64,000 nt of DNA from Dicyema japonicum (taxonomy: Eukaryota; Animalia; Dicyemida), in the NCBI GenBank assembly GCA_011109175.1, contig RDEW01000017.1, positions 62,001 through 126,000 of the forward strand, read 5' to 3'. The position numbers and the translations under genes were made by a program. Numbering within the stretch: position 1 is the stretch's first letter; each line of letters begins with the position of its first letter. Below the pieces are notes generated by a model. The model searched no databases. It worked only from the letters and a program-made list of their open reading frames with translations, and was not told the DNA's origin. Below, in pieces: positions 39,584-51,900 of the stretch.

Positions 39584-39997
39584 TTATATGGAGAATCAAT
39601 GGAGGATGGAAACAACTTACAGCCCGTATCCAGAGATGCATGGCAAAAGTGGAATCTCAAATTAGTTCACTTTTCTGGTTCACAAGAATGACCTTACTGA
39701 CTGCTTATTTAGTAGTGATCTACGATCTAATCCGTCGGATCTTTAATTCAATTAGCCACATAATACCACACTAACGTAGGCGCCACATGGCATTAGATGG
39801 ACTCAATGATCCAAAGGTCACCAAGGATCACATGAGCCTGGATGCGTATCTCGATAGCTATTGTCAGACGAAAACCTGGTCATTCAAGCTCCCTAATATA
39901 ATTTAATTATTTTTGCTATTAACCGTTTACCGGTAAAATTTGAGTCATAAAATTTTGTCATCATAAAATTATTGTAATCTACCGAGTCACGTGTGGT

Positions 39998-40660
39998 AGT
40001 GTTTTTTGGAGATTAGTGAATGTTCTCTGTATGTGTCTAAGGTATGTGGATTTAATAAGTGAGAAGCTTGGATTGTTCGGGAAGGTGACTGTCGCTGAAA
40101 TTGTAAGTTCTTCATTTCAGGTTGTCATCCAAAGGCAGGATTTTCGATCTGTATTTTATTAGGACTGAACTTGTGCCCGTCAGGAGATCCCGGCCATCTT
40201 AGCAGTCATCTCACATTCGTTTGCTGTTTGTCCAGAGATCCACACATTTTCCGTATGCACGTGTTACTTTGTGAACTTTGAAGGTGTCATTAGGGCTCCC
40301 GTTCTCCTCACAAGTGCCTCGAAATGAGTTTGTCTTTGCAGCGAGGTGGAGAACCTTTGTAGAGCCATAGTTACTGTTGCTTGAAAGATGTTGATCTTCT
40401 TTAGATTTGTATTGGACAGGTTTGTCCCCCATACAGCCATCCATTGCTGATTGTAGGTTGTATTACCATAAAGTGAGCTAAACACTGAGTCGAAGCAGCC
40501 TTTGTCCAAAGTTTAGTTTTGTTAGGACAGGGAGATTACCTTGTTAGCGTGTTTACTGAATGTCATGAGGGGGTCGTACTTGGTACCCGATAACTTGCCA
40601 GAGTTTGTGTAAGGGTACTGGTGCATTATAGTACCCTTTAAGCAACTATTCTTATAAATA
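39998..40660 (-). mobile_element. Degenerate LINE RT C-terminal fragments
   Basis: KLSGTKYDPLMTFSKH; SKILPLDDNL.MKNLQF, homologous to 26270-26412 and 39075-39170. Confidence 0.7.
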
Positions 40661-41165
40661 ATGATTTAATAATTTTTTTATCGCTAATAGGTTTCTTTAA
40701 GTGCTGGAAACAACATGCTCCGCTTAGCACTCTAAATCAGGCATGCTCACGATCATATAATCCATGGCTCCCTTTTCGACATTGTGGCTCCCAAAGTTTA
40801 ACATCAATAAACTATTTACTAAGTATAGACAATATTTGTTTACTAACAAATATTGTTTCAAATTAAATAAATTATTGAAAAAAAACATCAGAACAATTTA
40901 TATTCCCATTGCCAACTTAGTTATGTCTGGCTCAATCACGCCAATCAACGTTTTTAGGCAAAATTAAAAATTTCGTTTTCCTCCGTAAAGGGGACCGATT
41001 CAAGGTCGGTCTTTTTTGTCCCTTGCAACGCCAGTCTCACGGTGATTTAAAGTGATAAGTGGAGCATGTTGTTACTACACTTAAAACAAACCTATTAGCG
41101 CTAAAAATTATTAATTTTAGCAAAAATAAGGAAAATTACTTAGGGGGTACTATAAGTGCTTATGG

Positions 41166-41800
41166 CAGAGATTGTCAAACGATGTGCCGCCAGTCAAATA
41201 CAAATTTAAATAAATGGTTCCTAGCAAACTAAATAGACATTTTACTTTCAAGCATTCGGACTATTCCAAAAAATCTGGATTATTTATGCATTTGAAAAAA
41301 ACAGCAAAAGTATCATTTAGTTTTTACTATGTAATTTTAGATCCAGTCAAATGTTATTTAGCGATACTTCTGTGATCTCAGCGGAATCACTGAGATGTTC
41401 ATGTTATGATTTCTGAATTGATAGCAAAAGAACTGAAAACCTCATACCCATTGGCCGAAAACTTGATAATCCTTTTTTGTGTCTCAGTCAGAACACTTAT
41501 CTGTTGAAGAAAAATGACGAAATTATTGAACTGTTTTAATGATCGATCCTAAAAATTAATGAAGATGGAGTAGGATATTGGAGAATTCTGGATATATGTT
41601 CGAAACATATTTCCCAGATTATCTACACAAGTACTGACGATTATTTTACAATTTTCAACGACATATTTATGCGAAACAGGTTTTTCTACGCTGCAATAAT
41701 GTAAAATACAACAAACGGGAAAATTTTGAAAAATATTGATGGCAGAAATGCAAGTGGCGTTGTTAACCATTCGACCAAATATTGATAATACCTTTTCACG
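41166..41800 (+). mobile_element. hAT (Charlie/Buster-like) transposon relic
   Basis: Terminus-like cagagattgtcaaacgatgtgccgc at 41166; C-terminal dimerisation domain FWIYVRNIFPRLSTQVLTIILQFSTTYLCETGFSTL...MQVALLTIRPNID. Confidence 0.8.
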
Positions 41801-41820
41801 AGAGCATAATATTTATAGGA

Positions 41821-41925
41821 TTTAGCATCGTAGATGCGTGGAGCCTTCCACCTGGTGAACAGCAGCGAGAATCGAACCTGTAACCTAAGCCACTTTAGCC
41901 CGACACTTGACCACTATGCCACCGG
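41821..41925 (-). mobile_element. tRNA-derived SINE (Pol III A and B boxes)
   Basis: Reverse complement has TGGCATAGTGG (A box) and GGTTCGATTCT (B box), then CGCTGCTGTTCACCAGGTGGAAGG. Acceptor and T stems do not pair; second copy near 57190. Confidence 0.72.
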
Positions 41926-41944
41926 CTTTTATTATATTGATAAT

Positions 41945-42449
41945 TATTATTATTATAAGCAACTACATAGAATCATATAAACTATAATTCTATTCGTGCC
42001 GCGTCTGAACAATCCTCTTAATTAGCCTTTCCCATCCCCTCCTGTCCGATGCCAAGTGCCGCAGACTACTAAGGTCTTCACCGTCCTTTAGTAGTCTGGT
42101 TACTGATCTCAGGTCACCATTAAGGACTTCCGGAAGAGTTATTCTTGGACGACCTCTGAACTTCTCCCCTGACGTATCGAAGTATTCTTCCATGACGACG
42201 TTTGCTGGCGTGTCTTGTTCCAATCTGAGAATATGGCCAAACAATCTCCAGCGAGCCTTCATGATCATGGTGCTCAGAGGTCCGGAACCGCATCTTCTAT
42301 ATAAATTTTCACTCCCTACACGCATTGGCCACTTTAGTCCCAAGAGAGACCGAAGTTGCCTTCTGTGAAAGGAGTCAAGGTTTTGTTCGTCCGTTTTCGA
42401 AATTCCCCACGTCCCAGAGTTGTATGTTAGTATGGGCCTCACGAACGCC
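41945..42449 (-). mobile_element. 5'-truncated RTE-clade LINE with (TAA)n tail and 12-bp TSD
   Basis: ORF 41990-42442 RPILTYNSGTW...LDSFHRRQLRSLL...ARWRLFGHILR...RGRPR; TSD tatattgataat at 41933-41944 and 42450-42461. Confidence 0.9.
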
Positions 42450-42611
42450 TATATTGATAATATATGCAAAAAAATAATAATTAAATGTATTTCATTTTTA
42501 ATTTATATTTGTTTTAGTGAATCATGATTCAATTACTAAATAAATTAAATTAAAAATTCTCTAATTTATTGTTGTTGTTTTATATTAACAAAAATTTGCT
42601 CATTAAATAAC

Positions 42612-42912
42612 CACTACTCATGGAAGCTAAGATCCGTAGTCGTGGCTCCGGATTTCTTCGCGTCTGTGAGGAAGATGGAAATCCACTTCGCCTGATCCTT
42701 CCCATGGCAAGAGATAACCGATTGGATAAGAAATTCCCCTCCCCGATCGGATTCCTCTGCAAGACCGAGAGAAGGCTCTTCCGGAAAGTAGTGGGGACGA
42801 TGGAAGATCACAGACGTCGAATGGCACAATTGATTGCGATGACTGGGATCACCTAACTGTTTGACTCTTTTGTCTTTCTTTCTCGGTGTTCCCGGGGTTA
42901 TTAAATAAATAA
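42612..42912 (+). mobile_element. 5'-truncated LINE 3' end (Jockey-like C-terminus) with 10-bp TSD
   Basis: ORF 42620-42856 ends AMTGIT*; tail cccggggttattaaataaa; TSD attaaataac at 42602-42611 and 42913-42922; homolog at 56740-56950. Confidence 0.8.
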
Positions 42913-43066
42913 ATTAAATAACTAATTTTTGTCCTCACTTTTACATATCCAAAAAAATTTAATTTTTTAATGTTGCCGTGGATTATTTTTTACGATTATT
43001 TGTACAAGATCCTAATTTTGTTCGTGAAACAGGCATCAAGAATTTCGAGTCAAAAAATAATTTTTA

Positions 43067-46033
43067 TTATTCGGACCAATAAAGTAAGTGAAAGCCAAAG
43101 TCATTTACAGTTTGATCACTGAAGAACTCAATGAGGACAATTGGGGAACTTATTTTTATAATTTTTCTTGTCTAAACTAAATATTACGGAAGCAACCCCT
43201 TTTCCACAAGCCTTCAGTATTTGAGGACTTTGCTGAGTCGGTCCCTCATAGATCTTGACGTAATCGAATCTTAAAGTCCGCAAATATAACATACTCGCAT
43301 TTTTGGTGTTTTTCAAGCGAAAATTCGACGAATTTTAGAAATATGCGACTTTTAGCGGCGTCCTTCGGTAAAACTAAAAGCCACTGATATCTCGTTCGGC
43401 TTTCGTAGTTCGATGACCCGTAAAATGGGTGGGAATAGAGACTTTGCTTTCTGCCGGAGACTTGGAGATAAGGCAAGGTCACTATTTTTACCATGAACTG
43501 AAATCCCTGATATTCCTGGCCCGAGTCCGACACGAAATTAATTTCGAATTTGTTCGTAATGGAATAGAAAATTCCGTGAAATCGTCTCCCACAGAATTTT
43601 CCGTGATTATACTTCTGTCCCCTAATCGTTTCCGTGATTTGAATGTAGTCATAACGGCAATTATAGCTCTCCTCAATTTCAAAGCTCAGAACCTCCTAAA
43701 AATTATCTGGGAGTCTTTACAAGTACAAAATGAAACCCCTCCCGTGTATAGTAAAGCCAGGAGCAGTTTTTGTTGTTCAGGTAGACCAACGGCCACCCAG
43801 GACTCTCAACCAAACTGGTCAAATCCTTAAGAACGTATCTGCACGAATCTAAAACACCGAAGACTTCCAAACCTTCATAACAGGTTTTTCCGTCAATTCC
43901 CAGAGCGAACCCAGTCCTGCAATAGCACTCGAAGGATCCGTACAAATTACGGCAGTAATGGGAGCAGTTTCCGTGGTTGAAGAGACACTGGTTTAGATCT
44001 TCAATGAGCAAATGAGGTGATGCCTGCTTTGAAGGAGATTTCAAATCCTCTGGCGGTGACTTCATAGTCCGAATGGAAGGAGACAACAAGACTGCTTTCG
44101 TCGGTCAGGATTGAGTCTGGAATCTTATTTCCGCAGTATCTCCCAATGATATCCCCCTTTTCCGTCTGAATTAGTAAATAATCATGGTGGCAATGCTAAA
44201 TTTACAAAAACGGAGAACTTCGTCAAATTCTACGTCGAATGACGTAAATTCAAGGAAGATGACGTGAGTCTCTTCAACTTTAATGACCCACTTGCAGTAT
44301 ATCTCGTTTGGGTAGTCCAGGGGGTAATCTGGAGAGGTAAAAGTCATCTGATTGACTTTAATTAGTCCTCCGCACGATTCTTGATTAAAATCCCCAACTT
44401 GAGTACCTTCACAATCCAAACCGTTCTTAGTAAGCTGAAATCCAGGGTAACACTCACAATCGTACCCCGTGATGGTATTTACGCATATCTGATCACATGA
44501 GTGGGTCTCGGAGACACACTCGTCGACTTCTAGATATGACTGGAGATAAAGACCGCTGTAAACTGACAGGAAAAATCTAAAAGGACCGTACGAGTTCCTT
44601 GAGTAGTATGTAACGGTAATCTCTTTATCGTTTGCCATAAACGGTCCCGGGAGGTACTTTCCACAGAGTTTGACAGGATGAGAGCCATTTTTAGCGGAAA
44701 TCATTAAATAAGCCTCCTCACATTGATTGGACTCTTTGATCTAGGTTGGCTCAATATTGAAATAACGTGGAACTCGTGGAAATGAACCTTCAAAGGATTT
44801 CTCGTTGTCGTCCGTTTTAAATCTCCATTTGCACGAGATGTTGGATTGCGGACCTCCACGTGGACTTTCGATGTGATAGACATCTTTCAGGGTTATGTCA
44901 CCTCCACAAATTTCTGGAATTTAAAAAATGCTAAAACCCTCGTAATATACCGACAAAATGCTCCGCGAGCTTTTCGGGCTTAGAAAGACTGATGATCCCT
45001 TCAAAAAGATGTTTTCCTGGCATGAATCGTCTAAATATTAGAAGAGGTACTACAAGTCAGTGAGGAGACTTCCCCGTGAATTTCAACAAAAAAAGAAAGA
45101 ATTTTGATGATTCACAGTTTTTTGAAGTAAAATTAAGCGAGTTTATCTTCAACGAGATTTCATGTCCGAGGTTAGCTTTAAATTTTAGGGATTCGTTTTT
45201 GCTTCCAATTAGAAGAAAGGTTTGTTGGATCCCCCAAACGTTAGTAAAATTTCCTATTTTAACGTTGTTTTCAAAACCACAGGAGTAAAGCAGATTTGTC
45301 TGCCTAATATCCCCCGGACTCAAATGATCCCGTTGGCCGACAAGTTTGAGGATATCGCCATAGTGAGATCCGGCAACAAGAGGCACGATGGTATGGAGGT
45401 CTTTGTAGAATGCAAATGCGTTGCACGTGTAGTGCATTATACTCTCAAAGTCGTATCCCTCTCCTAAAGAGTCGATCTCGTCTGGCTTCTTCTTATAGAA
45501 GTTGTACTCTTTGCCTGCGAGAATCAAAAGCACTAAAACCAATAATAATATTTCTAAAGAGAATTTTGACGTGGTCGTCCCGATCGGGACGTGTGTGTTC
45601 ATGCCAGAACCCGAGCACGTGCCCGATCTCATGAAGAGCAGAACCAAGAGATATACAGTAATCATTTAGAGAAACTTCTTGCATTCCCCCAACATTCCCA
45701 ACATAGGAGCAGCAACTAGAGGAAACCATGATTTCAAAACCCACAATGACGTTTAGTGAAAACGACATAATCATGGTATCTTTTGACACGTGGTATAAAT
45801 TGGAGACACGTAGAACTCTCCCAAATGTCAATCGCCGATCTAATGAGGTTAATTTGGATGACTACACTCTCAAGAAGTAATAACAACCTTTAAACACGTC
45901 GAAGTCAATGACATAAGGTATAGTTCCGTTTGTCCATAATTTTACGAAAAGCAGTCGCTGCCCGTTTATCCATTTTAGGTACGTCTGTGGTCGTAATTAA
46001 CACAACTGATAGGAAAAATCTGTAAAAATGCAT
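43067..46033 (-). CDS. BMP1/TLL: BMP1/tolloid-like astacin metalloprotease (astacin-CUB-CUB-EGF-CUB-EGF-CUB-CUB), about three lesions
   Basis: [20 protein letters not shown], Met-turn SIMHY, two cbEGF repeats (VDECVS, DLNQC), five CUBs (first degenerate), TAA at 43067. Lesions: probable frameshift at about 45941, TGA 45057-45059, +1 at about 44793. GC-AG intron 43999-44023. Confidence 0.92.
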
Positions 46034-46189
46034 ATTTTATAACCACCGACTGGGGAAAACCAATAAATGCTAAAATTACAACGCATTAACCGATTCAATC
46101 GAACAATCCTAAAAACCACTGTTGGCGTATTAAAGCAGACAATCATTCAATCAATAAAGTAGCAATGAGATAAATAAGACAATATGACA

Positions 46190-46385
46190 GCCTCTCAACA
46201 AGATTCTATGTACAGCCCGTAGTCGGAGTCTTCGGGCCCAAGACGGTCTATTTTCTAAGATGGCTCGGGTCCATGATAAATAAAGCGAGTAACAAACGAC
46301 GGGAAACCGAGAAACTGTTCCAAAAGATTTCTCTGGCAGTTGTCAGGGGAAACAGCCACTCAATGATCTCAGCTGGATTTCTTTG
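46190..46385 (+). mobile_element. CRE-clade 3' tail fragment
   Basis: KRRETEKLFQKISLAVVRGNSHSMISAG matches the CRE C-terminal RGN motif. Confidence 0.6.
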
Positions 46386-46931
46386 AAAAAGTAGTGAGAT
46401 TCATTGTAACTATAGTAGCATGTTAGAGATGATGTTAATAGCTTCAATACATGTACTGATGGATAAGATCTCTGAGAAATTATGAGATGCCTATCGTCAG
46501 CTTAAAGAAAGCCATAAAGTTACTTGGTGTGGGAGAAGCCAGTGGAGAAAAAGGTGAAGATTATTTATTTACTAACTACCGGCTTGGTAAGTTTAGCACA
46601 AGCAGTCACAACTAATAAAGGAAGGTACCCAAGGGAGAACGATTGCTTGTGCCGACCAAATCCACCCTCCAATCCTCCAATAAAGGATTCCTATGAGATA
46701 TGGAGACGTAGGTCCGCCCTCTTTCATTTTTATCACACATCCTACCATCGCAGACCATTTATATCTCATTATAAGAGTCAATTTCGACCTCCTCTATGTC
46801 GAGGACCGGTCCCTAGCATTAATACCAAAAGAGATCCTTATCCCATTTTGGGAACATTCATATTAAAAACTGTCTAATAATAAAAGTCACCGTGGAAAAA
46901 CAAAAGTTTATTATGAAGACAAAAGAGAAGT

Positions 46932-49693
46932 CTAATCAGAGAATATACATCTTTCTAATTCTGCAACAGCCAGTTCAGCATGCATCTGCAAGGTAGAATC
47001 GCTGTAATCCTGACTAGCTAATCTGATGATCCTCGAAATATCTCTCAATGAAGTCCCCAGAATTGAGAACAATTCATTATCCTTCATTCCCTGCAAAAGA
47101 AGAACAACCAATGAGATAGCAGCTCTTTTAACGTCACTAGAAGAGTCTGACATGCTTGACTTCACCAATTCGACAATCTGATAAATTCAACCAAATTTGA
47201 ACCTCTGCCACGTGCGTCATCACCGAAAATCGAGCGCATTTTAGAAACTCTCCCAAGGAGGAAAGCCCACTACTACGAATAAGAGCCTCCTTGTCTCTAC
47301 AGGCCACCAAGAGGAGGTTGAGGAGACTATTTTTGTACATCGGAAGCAAATCACCTAAAAATAAGAACACAGAGGACCTAGTCTCCGACAGACCTTAACG
47401 ATTACCTCCCCCATCTCAAGTCTCACCTCTACTGAAGACATATGGGAATTGATCCCAGCAAACTCGGACACCAGAATAGGCACGATATCCTCATGAAAGC
47501 GGTCACATAACTCAACCAGTCCTTACACTAAAAACACCAAAAAACCATTTATTCCCGCCAAATAGACGTACGAATCGTCGTCGTTCAGGCAAGTAATGAA
47601 AATCTGCAGAACTTTCTTATCATTTTGTAGTGTTTCATAATCTCTTCTCTGAATAAGTCGAGTAAGTTCTACTATTCCACGTGCCTGAGTGACAACACAG
47701 TCTAAGCAAGTTGCATTCTCGATAGCTTCGTCAAATTCCGACCGAACGGATGACAACTCTGCCTCAAACTCCTCAGACAGCATTCCAACGTCAATATCAG
47801 AACCTTGAAATCCTTTGGTCCCACGTGACTTGACAGTAAGAATTATCTCTGAAGCCAGTTTATGGACAGAAGATGAGGACTTCCATCGCTCCTTCAAAGC
47901 CTCCAATTGAGGGGTAAATTGATCAAACAAATCCCACTCTATTCCACCGATCAAAATACACGAAAAATTTTACCATAATAAACGAGCCAATCACAATCAG
48001 AATCAATTGCAATATAGACATTGCAGACCGCTCACGTGCATTATCCAAATCGTCCCCATTTGATGTCTGGAAATCAGAGGAAACCGTGTTGAGACATACC
48101 AGGAATTAGACTTAACCAAACTTTAACATATTTGACCATTTTGGTGGAATCCTGCGAGAAAATAGTGTTTAAATAATGGGAGATCAGTGGATTCAAGCTT
48201 TCCACAAGTCTCACATCAGTGGGAGATGCGTTTACGTTTGTCATTGCCTTTCCGAACGCCTTGGTACAGCAAAACACAGTACCTCCACAATCAATTCAAG
48301 AAATGAACAGATAGCCTCTGTCACGTTGCTCATGTTGTCAGCCAGAGTAGTCAAACAGCCTACAACTCGCATCACATCATCATTTTCCGTGTAGACATCG
48401 ACAAGACAGTCAAACCACGTGTTGGCAGCACACTCGGGGTTCAAACAGTTGCTGAGAAGCTTCATTGAGTCATTTCTTAGAAAATAACAATAAATGAGGC
48501 TCACGAAGTGCTTTCAGCCCGTTCACAGTTGTTTACTTGGAGTCTGAAAATTGTACTGATCCTTGGGACAGGTCTGTCGTTCAGATATCTCCGAAGAACT
48601 CGTCCAAGTCGTGGATGGGACTCAATCTACAATCACAAAAGTTAGAAAACTCGAATAAGCTGGTTTAACGCCTGAATGTTGACCGAAAGTGAATGGGAAT
48701 CGTTCATTTTGGCGATAATTAGCTTATCTAGAGAGTCCTCGAAAACATCCACGTGTTTCGTGGCCATCAAGTCCATTGTGGTCAACCAAACCAGAGACCA
48801 AGTCTCAGCTTCCACTTCAAAGATCTAACTTTCTTAATTAAGGGACAACCTGTTCAAGAATCCGCGATAAAAATAACGGAAGTTTAGTTGATGGGAGAGG
48901 ACAGTAGACGACCAACTTGGCAATCGATTCTTCCTGCATTTGTGGGGATACTGGGATCTCTAGCCACGTGGTTATAAAAGGTACTGGCAGAACATAAATG
49001 CGTAGTCATCTCCAAAAATCCACTGGGCTGAGAAATCAAGGTGGCAAAACACTGAGTGCAAAACCGACGGAATTTGACGGAGGAATTTGATGGATCCAAA
49101 AGGGTTTTGAAGACAACCCCTCTTTCTTTTGGGGCTAAAAGGAAGTTTTTTGCGATTTTGTGCAAAACATCGGTATTTTTGATATTCTTGGACTCAAAAG
49201 TGTCTAAGAAGCACTTAACGAGGTGGGATTTATTCATTGCGCGGTAAATTTGATACAAAACGGTGGAAAAGTGGCTAAAAATTATAAAAGCATTACTTTT
49301 GGTAAAATAAGTCGGCTTTTTCACGATGAAGAAACTCAGCACAGCGGCAAATGGTCTGCAATTTGCACACTCGACAAAATAAACACGACGAACTTAATCC
49401 ATTTGTTACTGCGTAGTCAAGTAGAGGATAAATATTTCGAAATTGATGTTTTTCCGTAATTAGATTATTTAGACATATCACTATGAGGGCACTGAGTTTG
49501 GAAGTACTAGAAAGTTGTGTGAAAAGAGGAATTCTTAATAAGTGCTTGTAATCTGAATTGTTTTCGAGCAGGTTCTGTGGAAATGTGGTTTCATCGCTTA
49601 TAATTTCGTTTAGGTCTATAATTTAACTTTGGAGTAAATTATACCTTCACTTTCAAGGAAAGAAAGAAGATGTTCAATAAGATCACAATTCAT
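46932..49693 (-). CDS. TANGO6: TANGO6/RTP1 (ARM/HEAT protein, RNA polymerase II assembly and import), one apparent -1 frameshift
   Basis: IAKLVVYCP, CLNDDDSYVYLAGINGL, EVRLEMGEVIVKVCRRLGD, RDKEALIRSSGLSSLGE, DVKRAAISLVVLLLQG, HAELAVAELE. ATG at 49693 via a 28-nt intron; -1 at about 47449. Confidence 0.85.
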
Positions 49694-49959
49694 TTAAATT
49701 TAAATTTATTTATTTTTTTATTTATAAAAACAATACTAATAAAAAGTAAAAAAATAATAATCATTAATCCGCAAAAAGTAACGGATTCAATTTCTTTCAA
49801 AGAGTCATCCACTTGTGAAGAAATCTGCCTACATTTATAGCAGGCAGAACCAAGCATCTTCCTTACCAAGCAGCCAAGAATCCTATAATCATTAATATTC
49901 AATAAGTAAAGAATCCAATAATCATTAATTTGCATAAAGAATTCAATAATCATTAATCT

Positions 49960-51900
49960 TAGAACTACCCTCTTATACGAGTAATTGATCCATATGACGC
50001 TTAATTATGTTTCTCCAAGCTGGGCTTTATGCGTATCTCTCACCCTCTTACAAAAGGTAGAGTAGATGCAAGCTCAGTCTTGAGATTTATAACGGGTTGT
50101 TTGAAATATACATCTATATTAGAAGACGGAGGTTCTACCGTTGGGTGATAACCTTGAAATATGGAGCTTATAATATCTCTAGCGATCAGCTGTCTTAACA
50201 ACCCAACCTTCCCACTACTCAAGTTCACTAACCACTAGCACGTGTAGGATCCTTACTGATCTCATTGAAAAACCAAATCTGAACTGAATAATCGCGATCC
50301 GTCTCCGCCAGCAGTCGAAGAGGGAGATCTCTTAAGACAACAAAATAGAGGGGCACAGTCATCTTGAGATCAGCGCTGCAAAATTGACAGATTCCGAATT
50401 TCTTTTTCTGGCTATACAGAAGAGTCCTCGAATATTACAAAATAGAGCTCCACAAGGTTCCCCATTGTCGCCTATTCTGATCAACTTATTTCTTCATGAT
50501 CTTCCAAAAATTGATATGTTACCTATTTTATGCAAACGATCTAATAATTGACACTAGGGATGATCCTCCTCTACGGCTGTCTTGGTGGTTCAGTCATACC
50601 TTAACTGATGTCCCAACTGGTTATTAGTTTTCCGCGTTCAAACTGTGATTTACACTATTCGCTTAATATAGAAGATTCAGAGGCATGCTCAAATATTTAT
50701 TGACGACTCTCTTATCCAGACTGGTAGATATCACAGGATCGTGATGTTACTTCCATCAGATCATCGCTCCGATGATAAAATGAACCTCTTCGAGGATCGA
50801 GAAAATCAACTAAAACTAGCGGTGAAGATTCCGTCTTCTTTTTTTGTCAGAGTCCCACCCTCACCACTTTCGTTCCAGAAGAATCCAAAGTCATGATTTC
50901 GCGAGTTTCTGCAAAAAGCAAAATCTAAGATCTTTCATGCGAAGGAATCCAGTTCAACTTATAAAAAATATCTCAATGAATTTTCTGTCCAAATGTTCCT
51001 GACAACGGTGGGATTGCTGATGGAGCATTCAAAGAGAATTTTGAAATTGTTATGACCTGTGATCTCCTAATCAGTTGGCTTTAACATTTTTCTCGGTGAT
51101 CTGCTAGATCTGCTCGATCACCTATGCAGATGATTAAGGCGAACTCATTGTTCACAAGCGAGGATTAGTCGTGATCAACGATATTTACTGCACTCATGAC
51201 TTTAGGGAAACTAATAGAGTGAATCCAGTTTTTTTCCAGTGCCCTTCAAGAGAAGCTTCTAGAACTGATATATTTTTTTATAAAGTGGATAGACCTATTT
51301 TCGAGGCTATATGATCTACCTAATCCAGCAGAACTTCAAATAGTGTCTATAAGTGCATTATTGGGGGAACAGCTCGAGGGATATAGAGTTACAGATATTT
51401 CACTTTTTTGCTTTAAACAGATTTGGTATACACTTTTTTTTCTTTAAACGCTTTGAAATTGGATTATTGGACGAGATTCGTATCTCCATCCTTCCTGTCG
51501 AATAATATACAGTGCTTATTTAAAGCCAATAATCACCGACAAATTAGGAGGGAATACATGGCCGTTAAGTGATCCTGACCTCCTCAAGCGGCCATTTCAG
51601 GTTTGTTTGCTGTTCGCCCCGAGATCCGATTCACTTTCTGTACGATTGAGTTACTTGTGGAAACTTTGGAGGTGCCACAGTGCTTATAATTTTTTGAGCA
51701 TAAAGTTTACTATGCTAACCAGATGAGGTCCGACGGGAAGTTAAATAAGTACTAGGAGAAAATATTGAGACCATTGAAGGTGACTGAAAAATAGAGAATG
51801 GCGACCTTCTGTGTGAAAAAAATATGATCTACCTTTGTATGCCAAGTTTAACTAGGATTAACTGGGGAATCCTCAGTACAGGCCTTTCGAGACGGGATCC
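49960..51900 (+). mobile_element. Degenerate APE-type LINE (RT region)
   Basis: APQGSPLSPILINLFLHDLP...YAND-like at 50447-50520; boundaries approximate. Confidence 0.6.

Larger units (their letters stand above)
36319..40140 (-). repeat. Right arm of the large inverted duplication, interrupted by a LINE
   Basis: 36319-37279 and 39584-39995 are the reverse complement of the left arm; 39998-40140 continues into the shared LINE tail. Confidence 0.93.

Noticed and set aside
26300-40140. Polinton/Maverick or endogenous virus bounded by long TIRs
   Set aside because: The interior has no pPolB, integrase, ATPase, protease or capsid ORF; it holds an intron-rich host KIF6.
41821-41925. Functional tRNA gene
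   Set aside because: A and B boxes are present but the acceptor and T stems do not pair; a second copy shares a non-tRNA body, so it is treated as a SINE.
46524-46877. 117-aa ORF between tolloid and TANGO6
   Set aside because: No recognisable domain, TTG start, and no consistent spliced model on either strand.
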